Assembly (NCBI GenBank): GCA_013239625.1
Contig: MU054662.1
Coordinates: 13,009,798-13,073,797, forward strand
Direction of reading: 5' to 3'
Source: Lama guanicoe
Taxonomy: Eukaryota
Length of the DNA stretch: 64,000 bases
Below the pieces are notes generated by a model, which was not told the origin of the DNA, made no database searches, and saw only the letters and a program-made list of their open reading frames with translations. The position numbers were made by a program, and so were the translations under genes. This document shows positions 36,301 through 48,548 of the stretch, in pieces. The first letter of the stretch is position 1. Every line of letters starts with the position of its first letter.

Positions 36301-38787
36301 CCCTCCTCTTGGGGATCCGCCTGGAGAAATCGGCACGCCGTCTCCCGCGGGCTTGGACCGGGTCCCGGGAGCTGGGCCTGCGCTCGACCGGAGGCAGGAC
36401 GTGGTGACCTTTCAAGACTCCAGTTCTGATTACACCACTTTCTGAGCAGTGTCCCCTTGGCCACATGGCCACCCCCTGAGCCTCAGGCATCTCACCTGTA
36501 AAGCGGGTCTCATGACAGGATGTGCATCCTGGGCTTCTGCAAGGATGGCGCGAGATGACACAGCAAATGTACGCCCTGGGCCTGGAGCAGAATAAACGTT
36601 CTTCAGATGTTTGTCGTAGGAGCGGTGGCATCAGGAGGTGGAGACGTGAGCAAGGTGCATCGCGACCCTGCCCTCGGCAGCAGAGCCTCACGTTAGCTTT
36701 AAAGATTAGCAGGCTACTCAGAACATGTGTGTCAGGCGTCATAGCTCACGTGTGGCAGGTGGGACGTGGGTGCCCAGTCCCACGCCTGCCCAAACCCCCG
36801 TCTCATCTAATACAGTTTGCCCTGTGCTACCGTTAAATGCCCTCTTGGTAGAAGAGCCGCCATTTCCCTTTGTCAGCCTTTCCGAGAGCCTCAGTTTCCC
36901 TTTGGCTCCAACCTCCAGCCCCTTATCAGGTGCCCAGTGGACACTGGAGGCCACTAGCGGGTGTCCCTGAATAGAGGGAGTGAGCGGCTGACCGGGGTCT
37001 CCTTACCATCTTCTCTTCCACCTGCAAAAAAGTAAGTTCACAGTGAGCAGCGTCTGTTTGGATAGAAACGTAAGCTGAAGCAGCAGAAAGTGGCTGAAAT
37101 CTAACCCAAAGCAATGCTCTGTCCTAGGTGGTGACAGACAAAAACACAAAGAGAAAATTCACATTTCTACTCTAAAAAGACGTTTTCCTGGCAGGTATCC
37201 ATTCAGTGTTGCGTTCTGTTCCGGCCGTTTCTGTGTAAGCAAGGTCACAGCTGCCCTGAGCGCGTGTCCCTGTAAGCTGGGAGTCCCGTCCAGAAGGCCT
37301 GACGGAGAGCCCCCTCCGGGCCCCCTTCCAGGAAGAGGAGCTTGGACGCAGGGTCCGAGCCGCCCACAGGACTTGGTACTGCTTTGCGGCTTCCGTGTGT
37401 GGTGCTTGGCCGTCAGCTCTGAGGAGGTTTCCTCGTGCCTGTTAAGATGAAAATGCCCCCCTCTGCCTGGCTGGCTGGTAGGGCGGCCCCTGGGAGAAGG
37501 CTGGCCCGTCTGCCCCCCGGATGCCACGGCTGCAGAGGGATGTGAAGACGAAGTGGGAGACAGCCCGCAGGGTCACAGCGGTGTCTCTGCCGAGATGCAA
37601 GTTACACACAGAGGGGAATTGGAAACGTCACGTTGAGTTGTCACCCCACCCACGTCTCGCCCGGGAGAGTTCTCCAGCTGGAAAGGGCTGGGACCCCAGC
37701 CCCTCAGCGCTATTACGGCTCCTGTTGACTATAAAGTTCCTGCTGCGAGAAGGAAGGAAGGAGGCCCTTGCCAAGTGCTCGAGGGGGTGCAAGTGACTTC
37801 GCCATCTGATGCCATCCATCGCGCTGGGGAACATCGGTGGGGGGGAGGAAAAGGAGGAAGGAGAGTGAAGAGTGTGTCGGGAAGTTGGCAACTGATAACC
37901 CGGCCTTCACTGAAACGAGGCCCGGCTGCGGCGCCGTGTGAAACAGCAGACGCCGGGCTCCTCGGTCGGGCACGTGTCTGTGCAGTGAAGCTTGGGACTG
38001 GAGGTCCTTCAGCACCCAGATGCCCACCTGACAGCCCGTGGGGCCACCCATGCTGAGAGCCGGGGTCAGGGGTACAGGGACGGGAAGAGCCCTTTTGTGG
38101 GGACACTTGATTTGCTCTTTGCTCTGCCTGTTACTAAGTGGGTGACGCTCGTAACCAGTCCGCTCCCCTGAACCTCTGCTTCCTCACCTGTAAACGAGGA
38201 TCAGAGCATGGAGATGAGCGGTCCTACTTCCCAGGTGCTTTGTCAGCACAGAAACATCGTGTGCCCCGTCCTTTATTGAAAGTTCCGCGTTGATCAAGCA
38301 CATTCTCCAGGGCAAGGCCGGGAAAGGAAACCAGGAGGGCGAGGGGCGGGGTGTGGACCGGGTACAGTGCCATCTGAGACACAGATTTCTTTTACGTTTC
38401 TGCAGCACAGACTCAAAAAGCAAATGACGTAGCCACTGTTTGTGACCATCGTCATAACATCAGTTCTTTATCTTTGTCAGTCTTACCTGGATTCATGCAG
38501 CGTCATTACCCTGAAAGTTCCCCTAAGCATTTCACAAACGCTGCCTAGAATGAAGCCCAAGTGAGCGAGGAGGAGAGTTGAGTCTGGAACTTGTTTAAAA
38601 GGAGCAGAACAGCGGGACATAACTGTGCAGAACAGAAATTGCAGAGGTCAGACGGGGAGTGGCAGGGCAGAAGGAAGATTCCAGTGGGCGCTGGTTTTAG
38701 AATCCGGCTGGGATCTCTGACTTGCAAAGGACTCAGGAGCTCGAAGTCAGCGCCAGATCCCCTCGTCCTGTTACGTGACAGCAGAGC

Positions 38788-39088
38788 CAGGGCTCCCCAG
38801 GCCCCGGCACCTGGGCCGCATCTGACCTGCCTTTGAGCATCCCGTGAGCTCAGAGAGAACTTCGCGTGTTTTCATGGCTGAATTCGAAATTAAAGAAAAG
38901 CAGTATTTCATGACGTGGGCAAATTATTCGAAACAAAAATGTTTCATGAGAACATAAAACACAGCCGCCCCCTCTGCTTCTGACTGCTTCCGCCCTGTAG
39001 TGTCAGAGAGTAGTTTCGAGGCTGTACTTCCTGCAAAGCCTGAAGTGGGCATCACTGGCCCTTTAGAAGAGAAGTTTGCCCGTGCCTG
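38788..39088. mobile_element. MER58B-like hAT-Charlie MITE
   Basis: 'cccgtgagct...aacacagcc...gagtagtt...ctgcaaagcctgaa...ctggccctttagaagagaagtttgcccgtgcctg' follows the recalled MER58 layout, including the terminus. Confidence 0.7.
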
Positions 39089-39473
39089 CGACGCACAAAG
39101 ACCGAGTGTTGACGGCTCTGATCACTGCTGTTAAACCTCGTGTTCTGCCCACCCTCCCGCCTTCCCTCCTTCCCACCGCTCTGTGAACTTGCAGTTAGGG
39201 GAGCTCTCATCCACGCTCCAGCCGTCCCTCCTAGAGTGGTCCGTCCCCGAGGGGCCCTGCGCCCTCCCCGGGGCCCCTCACTGGCTCCCCCGACTGTCTC
39301 ACCTTGGATTGACCTCTGCCGGCACAGGGCGCCCGTTTCCCTGGCCCGGCCCTGACGTGTACACTGCTCTGCACTCCTCCACTTTGCCTTCTTTGGAGCC
39401 GCCTTTGTCTGGGGCGGGGTGGGGGGGTGGTCACAGAGACCCAGCCCTCGCCCTGAGACTTTGATCCTGTGAG
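39046..39473 (+). repeat. Dispersed direct duplication, copy 2 (probable donor)
   Basis: Aligns with 29689-30105 and is contiguous with the complete MER58-like element upstream. Confidence 0.97.
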
Positions 39474-41564
39474 CTTAGGACAGCGTCACTGCTCTGCTGT
39501 CGGTTCTGAGTCCCCTTCCCGTGGGGAAGGTGTTCAGATGCTGTCGCCGTTTCTCTTTTCCGTGTGGCACTTGGTGGCAGCACCTGCCCTGCCTTCACTA
39601 GTGGTGGTCCTGCGGGCACCATCGCCTGTGACGAGCAGGTGTGAGAAAGCGGCACCTCCTGACCCCCCCAGTGCGTGCAGACGCCCTAACCTGTCTGGTC
39701 TCACACCTGGGCCTGACCGTCCCTGGCGCCCCCCCCCGCCCCCACGGGCCCTGTCTCTGTCTGGAATGTCTGCAGCCCTGCGTTTACTTGTGCAGCAGAG
39801 GTGACAGGCCTTAGGTGTCCTGGACTCGACCCAATTTATCATGTTCCTTTTGAAATTCTCAGGCATCTTCTAAGCAAACAGCCTTTCAGAATCTCATCAC
39901 TATGACTTCATAGCTTCAAAACTACTTTGCACATTATTATAATAATGATAATCTGACCAGTGGGAGGAAAGGGTCATTCTGACAAGGAGATTCCTCTGCT
40001 GTTGAGACTTTGAAATCCTGTCACTCACTTTTGAAAGCACATCGCAACTTTTGTGTCAAAAAATGAATGCGTGGTTCTTGCTACCTGCTGGAGGTACAGG
40101 TGCTACTTACAATCTTCACAACTTTCCTCCTTTTCAAAATGTTTAATATGTTTTTGCAGAAATTTCACCGTCATAAACTTAACCTTTAGAAGTAGATCTT
40201 CAACTTTAAAGCTGGTAGATGTGCTTGGAAGAGATGAGAAGGCCAGGCCTCTCCCGGACGAGCAGCAAGCCTGGCGCGTTGCAGGCAGCTCCCTCCGGGA
40301 CGGAGCGGGCTTGCTTCCTCTCCCCCTCCTCTGTGCCTCGCACGGCTCTCCCTCGGCTCCTGAGACCCCGCTGTAGCAGAGGTCAGAGCCACGGCACTCC
40401 CTCGTCGTCAGTGGGATAAATTCTGCAGCAAAGCCCGGATCCTAAAGTCAGGCCACGCGGGTTTCCTGATGCAAAGGTGTCTTCCCTGATTCCCTCTTCC
40501 CGGAATGCCATGAGAACCCCCTTTAGACCCTGCAGAGAGATGGGACACGCTGGGGTCCTGTGCTGCGTGGCCAGGAAGCGGGGTGTGCAGCCCGACACCC
40601 AGCAAGCTGTAACCGTTCTGCGCCCGTGTGTGCGTGTGGCCTTCCTTCCAGCGCATCTCTGGTCGCCAGACCTCCTCCTCTTGTGTCGTGATTAAGCTGA
40701 GTTGACAAGTGGAGAGGCTTTAGAATGAGTAGATGCCTAGAATCCAGCACTGTGGTCGCACTGAAATGGGAGGGAAAGCTATCAAAGTGAAATCTGTCCT
40801 CTTTTCTCTATTTTCCTTTCTTTTCCTCTCCCTGTGTACCCCTGAAGACTGTGCTCTGGGACAGTCCCCTGGGCTTTTTAACAGTTCCTTGAGGTAATTT
40901 ATGCCGAGACACGTGGGGCTCAGAGATGCCCCCACCAGGAGAGTCATCGGGTGAACAGCTGACAGAGCTGCGTGTTGGCTGGGTTTCCCACGTCAGTTCC
41001 TCCAAACACTCTATGGACCTGCTTATGTTCTCATCATTAGGGCTTTGAAAAGCGAGTCCCCTGGGAAAGCTCACAACTAATTAGTGTCCACCTTTGCACA
41101 GGCAGCCCCCTTGAACAATGCGGGGCTGGCTGGCAAAGCCTGAACTCAGTGGCACCTTCCCGCGTCAGCCATCCTGCTGTTGCTCCAGGCCATTCTGAAG
41201 CGCCTCTCACGGGTGTGCTCGCTTAAAGCGTAAGCCGTCAGATGTTTTGACTAAATATATTTAAGTACTTCAGTCAGAACATTTGATGGTTGTATAGAGA
41301 TACGTATAAATGGACAGCTGTACATGTGTGTATACGTATGCGGTTGTTTGATAGCAGATTTGTACGTAGCCATCACATTATATATAAAATACAGTAACCG
41401 TTACTCATCTGTAACCATTTAGACAATGTTATTACTCATCTGATTTATGATACTTTGATCTACAAAGTAAAAGCCATGCTTGAAGAATGATTCTGATCTC
41501 ACTGAAATGATTCAAAGCATCACTAAGTAACTTCTCTTGAGCATTGATTCTTCTCTAACCCTGG

Positions 41565-41695
41565 GCACGGTGCTCTTCATCTGTGATCACATTTAATCTT
41601 CGCCACGGCCCAGTAAGGTGGGCACCTTTTAATCCCCATTTTACAGATAAGGCGACTGAAGCTCAGAGAGGTACGGTGACTCGTACAAAGTCCCT
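41565..41695 (-). mobile_element. MIR
   Basis: 'catttaatcttc...atccccattttacagataaggcgactgaagctcagagagg'. Confidence 0.75.
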
Positions 41696-42523
41696 GGAAA
41701 CGCCTGCTCTGGTTCTTTCTCACTAGCTTGTAAGTTATCTGCAGAAGCGAATCGTACACAGAAGGAACACAGACGTGGAATTAACAGACCTGAGTCTGGA
41801 TCTCAGGACCCCTGATTAACCCTTTTCAGCCTGTTCCTTTGTTTATAAACGAGGGATAAGATATATAATCTCTAAAAATAGGACTGTATGCCTATCCTAT
41901 GTCTCCTCCAGGCATGAAGGAGCATTCATTAACAGAAGCGGGGCTCTCTAGTCATGGTGCTGATACGATCAGGAGAGACTTATCCATACGTGTATCAGCT
42001 TGGGGGTGGGCAGAGCAATGCCAGAATTTTGAATGGAAATCAGAGAGAGAGAAACCCTGGCACTGGGGCGGGAAGGCAGAGACCGAGGTGGGTGGCCCAG
42101 GGTTCCGTGCTGGTGCTCAGATGTGCCCGTGGGTTCTTCCGGCCTCTCCCCTGAGATGGAATCCAGGTCCTTCCCTGGACTGTAGGTTGACTTCCCTGAC
42201 TCCCTCCTAATGAATGGGAGGAGGTGGGAGCCAGGCTGCTGAGATCCAAGGCCGGGTTGCAAAGCCTTGTGCTCTCCTGTGGGGCACTGGCTGGGGAGCC
42301 TTTGCCACCACAAGAGAAACACAGCTACCCGGAGGCTGCCATGTGCAGAGACCACGTGGACAGATGCTACAGACGCCAGGTCCCCCGGCTCAGCTGGGGC
42401 CAGTGAGCAAACCGTGGAGAGGACCTCAGCCCCGACCACCGCTGAATGTAGCACTTCATGCAGCATCCCCGCCAGGTCTCCTGGCTGAGCCCAGTCCGCG
42501 CCAGCTGCACGGGCAAAACCTCT

Positions 42524-43010
42524 CAGGCGGACTCTGAGATACACCTGTGCAGTTTCAGATCCCAGCAACAGAACGAATATCACAACAAAGGGAGTCATGC
42601 AAAGGGTTCCGTGTCCCGGTGGAGATACGGGTTATGTTCACGATCTGCTGTAGCTGTGACGTGTGCCACAGCATCGTGCCTGAGAAACAACGTGTGTTCA
42701 CCTTAGAAAAAATACTTCATTGCTAAAAAGTGCTAACCCTCCTCCGAGCTTTCGGTGAGTCAACAAAACCCATTAGTGACAACAGAAACCATTGATCCCA
42801 GATCCCATAACAAGTAGAACAATCTTGAAAAGGTTTGAAATCTTGTGAGAATTACCAAAATGTGACACCGAGACATGACGTGAGCAAAAGCTGTTGGAAA
42901 AATGGTGCTAACGGACTTACTAACGCAGGGCTGCCACAAACCCTCAATCTGTTAAAAAAAAAAATCTGAGAAGTGTAGCAGCCAAAGGGCCATAAAACAA
43001 GTGAGGCCTG
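42524..43010 (-). mobile_element. Internally deleted Tigger1 (TcMar) with both termini
   Basis: Termini CAGGC...GCCTG followed by TA. 'gagaattaccaaaatgtgacac...gctgttggaaaaatggtgc...gcagggctgccacaaaccctcaat' and 'aaaaaatacttcattgctaaaaagtgctaacc' match the reverse complement of the recalled Tigger1 ends. Confidence 0.85.
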
Positions 43011-43748
43011 TACGGCTGTGGTCGTCACCGGCCTCTGCTTTGGGCGGGCTGTTCCCCGGCAGTGAACCGCTGGAGCACGGGCCCGCCGTGCGATGCCATC
43101 ACAGAATCGCTCACTCGGACGTCCTGCCGTCTTTCCGCTTCTCACCTTGGTTTCCCCTTCCTGCTGGGCTGTTTCCTCTGGACAAAGGCAGCGTGGACTG
43201 AATGATCGCGGGAGGGCCTCTCCGGTGCCTGCAGTTTGCGACCTGGTCTCAGAGGTCTCCTTTCGGATTTCAGGGATCTGTGGTGAGCCCAGCGTTTCTA
43301 TCCCAAGTCAGGGAGCTGTGAAGCCTCTGTGTTTGTCAGAGAAGAGCCTCCCCGCTCTGTCGGCCTTTGGGCCACGGCACCCATAAAAATGGTGGGGGGG
43401 ACCTGGAGAAGCCTGAGATGAGATGCGTTTCCCAGCTCGTTTGCTAATGTTCTCACTCAGGCTCGCATCTTAGCTGAGGGACCCTCGGTGGGGACACTGC
43501 CTTTCCTTCTTCCCAGAATCCACGGGCAGGGGCCTGAAGCCACCGTGCCTGTCACTCCCTATAAATCAGGAGCCGGGCCAGTCGACGCTTGGGAATCTCT
43601 GTGTCTGCACAGCCAGAGGAAATCCGATCACAGAGAGAGGTCCGGAGCACTTGAGCAGAGGATCAGAACTTCCTCGTCTGCTCCCAGCCAGTCCCAGGCC
43701 TGGGCTCCGAGTAAATTAACTGAACCATTTCAACAGGCTTGAATTCTG

Positions 43749-43936
43749 NNNNNNNNNNNNNNNNNNNNNNNNNNNNNNNNNNNNNNNNNNNNNNNNNNNN
43801 NNNNNNNNNNNNNNNNNNNNNNNNNNNNNNNNNNNNNNNNNNNNNNNNNNNNNNNNNNNNNNNNNNNNNNNNNNNNNNNNNNNNNNNNNNNNNNNNNNNN
43901 NNNNNNNNNNNNNNNNNNNNNNNNNNNNNNNNNNNN
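43749..43936. other. Assembly gap
   Basis: Run of N. Confidence 0.99.
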
Positions 43937-44639
43937 GCAGTGTTTAATGAGGTAAACTACATCATAGCCAGCATTCATTTGGCTGCAGTGCCCTCCACTA
44001 AATCACTCTTAACCTGTAAATCTGCCTCTGGTTTTGATGTGCACTTAATCAGCGAGGAGGGGCATTGCCATTTGAGAAGGGGATGGAGCCCGCCTGCCGG
44101 GGGGAGGAGAGGAAAGGGCGAGAGCAAGTGAGCCGGGCCATGATCCTGGGGAGCCTGGGAGGCGTGGGCGGGCCACCGCAGCAGGAGCGGGAAGCGGGCA
44201 GAGTTCACGCACCCTCTGGTCCTCTGGGCCAAGCTCCCAGGACCATGCAAAGGCGACGGGATGGCTTAGGCAGAACCAAAATGCCTCCCGCTCCTAGCTC
44301 AGGAGTTGTGGATCCACAGAAACCATTTTCGGATCCCCCTTAAGGTTTCCCTGCTCGTGTTTGGCATCCTCAGTGCGACCACATCCACCCACACCAGACA
44401 GATCAGAAGCAGAAGACAGAGCTAGAAATTGAGATTGTCCTTTGGCCTGAGGTTGCGGGGAGGCTCCGGGAAACACGCAGCTCTCCCCACGTTGTTGAGC
44501 ACACAGGAGCCCACGTGTGGGCGCACAGAGCTCGCTGCCTTGGAGGAAACGCGGTTGGAGACACAGCAGGGGACTGACTGAGCAGCAGATGAAAGGAGAC
44601 TCTGCATCAGGCCTCCCTTGTCACCGCATCCCTGCCTCT

Positions 44640-44795
44640 GAAACTTGAAGGTGCATAGAAATCACCTGGGGATCTTGTTGTAATGAATACTCAGATTCAG
44701 GTTCTACAGGTCTGGGGTGGGGCTGGAAATTCAGCATTTATAACCAGCTCCCAGGGAGACAGAGGCTGCGGGTCCACGGACCAACCATAGAGGAA
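44640..44795. mobile_element. MER5A-like MITE
   Basis: 'gaaatcacctggggatcttgtt...caggtctggggtggggctggaaattcagcatttataaccagctcccagg...gctgcgggtccacggacca'. Confidence 0.7.
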
Positions 44796-45806
44796 CTGAG
44801 GGCCCAGGGAGAAGGGAGGCGCCTCCTGGACCAGAGAGGGCTGCGTCTCTCAGGAACAGCGCCAGCGTTGGCCTGGCCCCGGGCAGAGTCAGCCCCGTTT
44901 CAGACGCGGGCAGGTGCGGCTGTGTGGCTTTTGCTCCATCAAATGCTGGTGACTTCCACGCAGATCCTGGGGTGAGCGAGGCATGAAAACACGTCAGAAA
45001 TAATATTCCCAGACCAGCAGAGAGCAGGAAGCCTGCCAGAAATCGGCGCCTTCCGTTTTTAAGATCGAGAACACTGCATTCCTGAAAGCATCCTGAGATA
45101 TTACCTCTAGATCATGAATTGCGGAAGAACCAAAAGGGCTTGAACACAACCTTGGGCTGGAAGCCTCGGTGTGACCCTGTTCTCCAGAGGGAAACGCAGC
45201 CCCTGCCTTCCTGCTTGTGAGTTTCCCGGAACAGCCTCCCTTCTCAATCTTGACAACCCTCCCTCCACACAACCTGAATCAACTCAAAACCTACACAATT
45301 ATGCCATATATCAAGCCAAGCATTAGGGCTGAAATCGGCAAAATTGTTCCCTAGAAAATTATTGGTTTTTTTCTTTAAAGAGGGGAGCCTATGTGCTTCT
45401 CAAAAACCTGTCTCAGGTAACCCCCCGTCTGCCTTAGGAATTGCCAGTGAGTTTTACTGAGAGAGGGAGGGGGAGGGAGATCTTCGTGGTTTAGCAGGTA
45501 ATTGCAGGAGTACGAGGAACCGGCACTAGTACGAACTGGGCATATATTTCACTGCGTCTTTTCCCTACCAAAGCTTTTTGTTGTATTTGTCTGAAAACTC
45601 ATTATTATTATTTTTATCTCAGGGTATACATCTGAAGCATAATGTCAGTGTGTGCATGTGTATTATAAGACTAGAATAACAATAATAATTTTCCTTTTAA
45701 ATGTAATTATAATTAAAGGAAAAGAACAGTACTAATTTATGTTTTTTATTGTCTCCCAAACTATTTCGCTAGTGGTTGGATAACACGTACATGGTTTGGG
45801 AGCATA

Positions 45807-46008
45807 NNNNNNNNNNNNNNNNNNNNNNNNNNNNNNNNNNNNNNNNNNNNNNNNNNNNNNNNNNNNNNNNNNNNNNNNNNNNNNNNNNNNNNNNNNNNNN
45901 NNNNNNNNNNNNNNNNNNNNNNNNNNNNNNNNNNNNNNNNNNNNNNNNNNNNNNNNNNNNNNNNNNNNNNNNNNNNNNNNNNNNNNNNNNNNNNNNNNNN
46001 NNNNNNNN
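45807..46008. other. Assembly gap
   Basis: Run of N. Confidence 0.99.
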
Positions 46009-47865
46009 TATCAACATTTATTTAGCATCTACTATTTGCCAGTAAAGCTGGAAAAAATATATGGGGAAAATAAAGACAAATGAGGCATGATTACTATCCT
46101 CAGGGATTTCACAATTTAGCTGGAGAGACAGATACATAAATAAATGATTGTGATACCATTTATTTCCAGTTATTTTCTCCTTCCCCAATCCTGCAGTTTG
46201 CTTTATTGAACCAAAGACAAAAATTATGTAGAATCAAACTAAATGTGTAAACTTGGACACGATACTTAAACACGATAGACATAGTGACTATCACTGTGTT
46301 CCAGGGCGAGGGTGTCCAACTTAATGGTAATACTAGCTCTTTGTCGCACCTTTCCCAGTTTCAAATCTGAGCTATTATGTCTTGATTCTTCCCTCTCAAG
46401 AGCATTTTTCTAGAGTCTAAAGAAGTTGCAAACACAGCTGGGCGCTCCACTTACCTCTACAGAGCAGCTGTCTGCCGTCCACCACGTGTTTGAGAGAAAA
46501 GCACTGTCCCTGACAATGCTTGGCCGCTGGCCGTGGTCATCAGTGGGGGACTCTGCAGGAGTAGGACTGCCCCAAAGGACGGGAGAGACAGAGGGATGAC
46601 CTTTGATAGAGAAGAAAATCCAAACTCTGAGAGATTATCATCATAAAAGGTACATCGGCGTATCAGTTGGTGAACGGAGGCAGTTAATCAGGAATCCGCG
46701 GGAAGTGAGGTAACCCTAAATATTCCTCTGAGATGTATTAAGGCGTTGGCCTTACAGAAAATCTAATTATGAATCGAGTGTGTGTGTATATATATATATA
46801 TATGACACATAAGTAAATGCATATTCTAGTAATAATAGCATGTGGATTACACATAATGATGTGTCTATATTAATGCACACATTCTGGATACACGTGTATG
46901 TATATAAAATTATGTTTCCTCTAGGCACATGAACACGTACCGTATCTGGCTGGTCATTAGCCATGAGCTTGGTGGTCCAGTGCAGGTTTAACCGTATGTA
47001 CTGAACGGCTACCACGTGTTAGACACAGGACTTTGTAACCAGGTTTCCTGTTAGTTAGTGGTCCTCCCCTCCAGGCAGCACAATTCAGCAACGTCTAGTT
47101 ACAGGAGCCAAACTAGCTGAGGGGCTGTTCTGACCTGGAGCAGGTGCGTGCAGCCAGTGTCTCATATGGAGACTCGTATGTACAGTGCCCTTCTTGGAAC
47201 TGCATCTGTCCAGGAACCTTCACCGCTTGCCGTGACCTGTCACGTTTTCTTCTACAAAAATAAAGCTGCTGATGAGCTGCCCCTGTTCTTCGTACTCAGA
47301 ATGTCCGTGGCACAGCTTAAAACTCTGGAGGCCTGACTGGCAAGCTACCACGGGACGCAGGATTCTGTCTGCACGTGTTCGTGTGGAGTCTTGTATCTGT
47401 CAGCGGCCCCCCACCCGGCTCCCTGATTTCAAGTGCATCCATTAAGACCAGTTGCTCTGCTAAGAAGCAGCGACTGGGAGGAGAATGTAAACTGCCCTTT
47501 GTTGTGATGGTCTCCGTGCGTGTGCTGTGTTCTCTCTCCCACTTAGAGGCAAATTGCTGTGGGTGAAACATGCATTTTGCTCTCAGATGCTGTCCCAGCC
47601 TTTGTTCAAGTGCACTTTGCAGAGGCACAATAGAATTTGGTAGTTTGATACCATCACCTCTGTTTCTTTCAGTGTATTTGTTTGTCTCTCAGCTACTCAG
47701 CAGAACCCGGAAGCCCTTAGGTCTCTCTGTCCTTCACCGCACCTCTGCCAGCCCCGCTCACCATCCTGGGGACCCTCCCCAAGTCACGCCTTCTCTATTT
47801 GTGTTATCTGCTTTATTTATCCATGCATAAGGAGGGCGCTACCTTAGCAATTAAAGTACATCCTT

Positions 47866-48548
47866 ATTTTATTGTATTTTATTTTACTATATATATATAT
47901 TTATTAAAGTACAGTCAGCTTGCAAAGTTGTGTCAATTTCTGGTGGACAGCATCATGGTTCAGTCATACATGAACATACATACATTCCTTTCCATACTCT
48001 TTTTCATTATAGGTTAGCACAAGATACTGAATACAGTTCCCTGTGCTGTACAGTAAAAACTTGTTTATCTCTTTTATATATATTAGTTAGTATCTGCAAA
48101 TCTTGAGTTCCCAGTTTATCCCATCCCACCCCCTTCCCCCTCCTGTAACCGTAAGTTTGTTTTCTGTGTCTACGAGTCTGTTTCTGTTTTGTAAATAAGT
48201 TGGTCTTTTTTTTTTTTTTGATTCCACACATAAGTGACGTCATGTGGTATTTTTCTTTCCCTTTCTGGTCCATGTGAAGCTGTTATGGAAAACAGTATGG
48301 AGATTCCCCAAAAGACTAAAAATAGACTCACCATATGATCCAACTATCCCACTCCTGGGCATATATCCAGAGGTAACTCTAATTCGAAAAGACACCTGCA
48401 CCCCAATATTCATAGCAGCACTGTTCACAATAGCCAAGACATGGAAACAGCCTAAATGTCCACGGACAGATGACTGAATAAATAAGGTGTGGTACAGTTA
48501 TACAATGGAGCACTACTCAGCCATAAAAATTAAAATAATGCCACTTGC
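47866..48548 (-). mobile_element. LINE-1 with 5' inversion (twin priming): minus-strand 3' UTR 47866-48268 plus inverted ORF2 C-terminal piece ~48274-48548
   Basis: The + piece encodes [29 protein letters not shown]...[23 protein letters not shown] (L1 ORF2 C-terminus); the - piece is 3' UTR with a T-rich tail. An 11-bp TSD AGTACATCCTT lies at 47855-47865 and 48549-48559. Confidence 0.92.

Noticed and set aside
48244-48477. Host protein-coding ORF
   Set aside because: It is the L1 ORF2 C-terminal fragment, with an in-frame stop.
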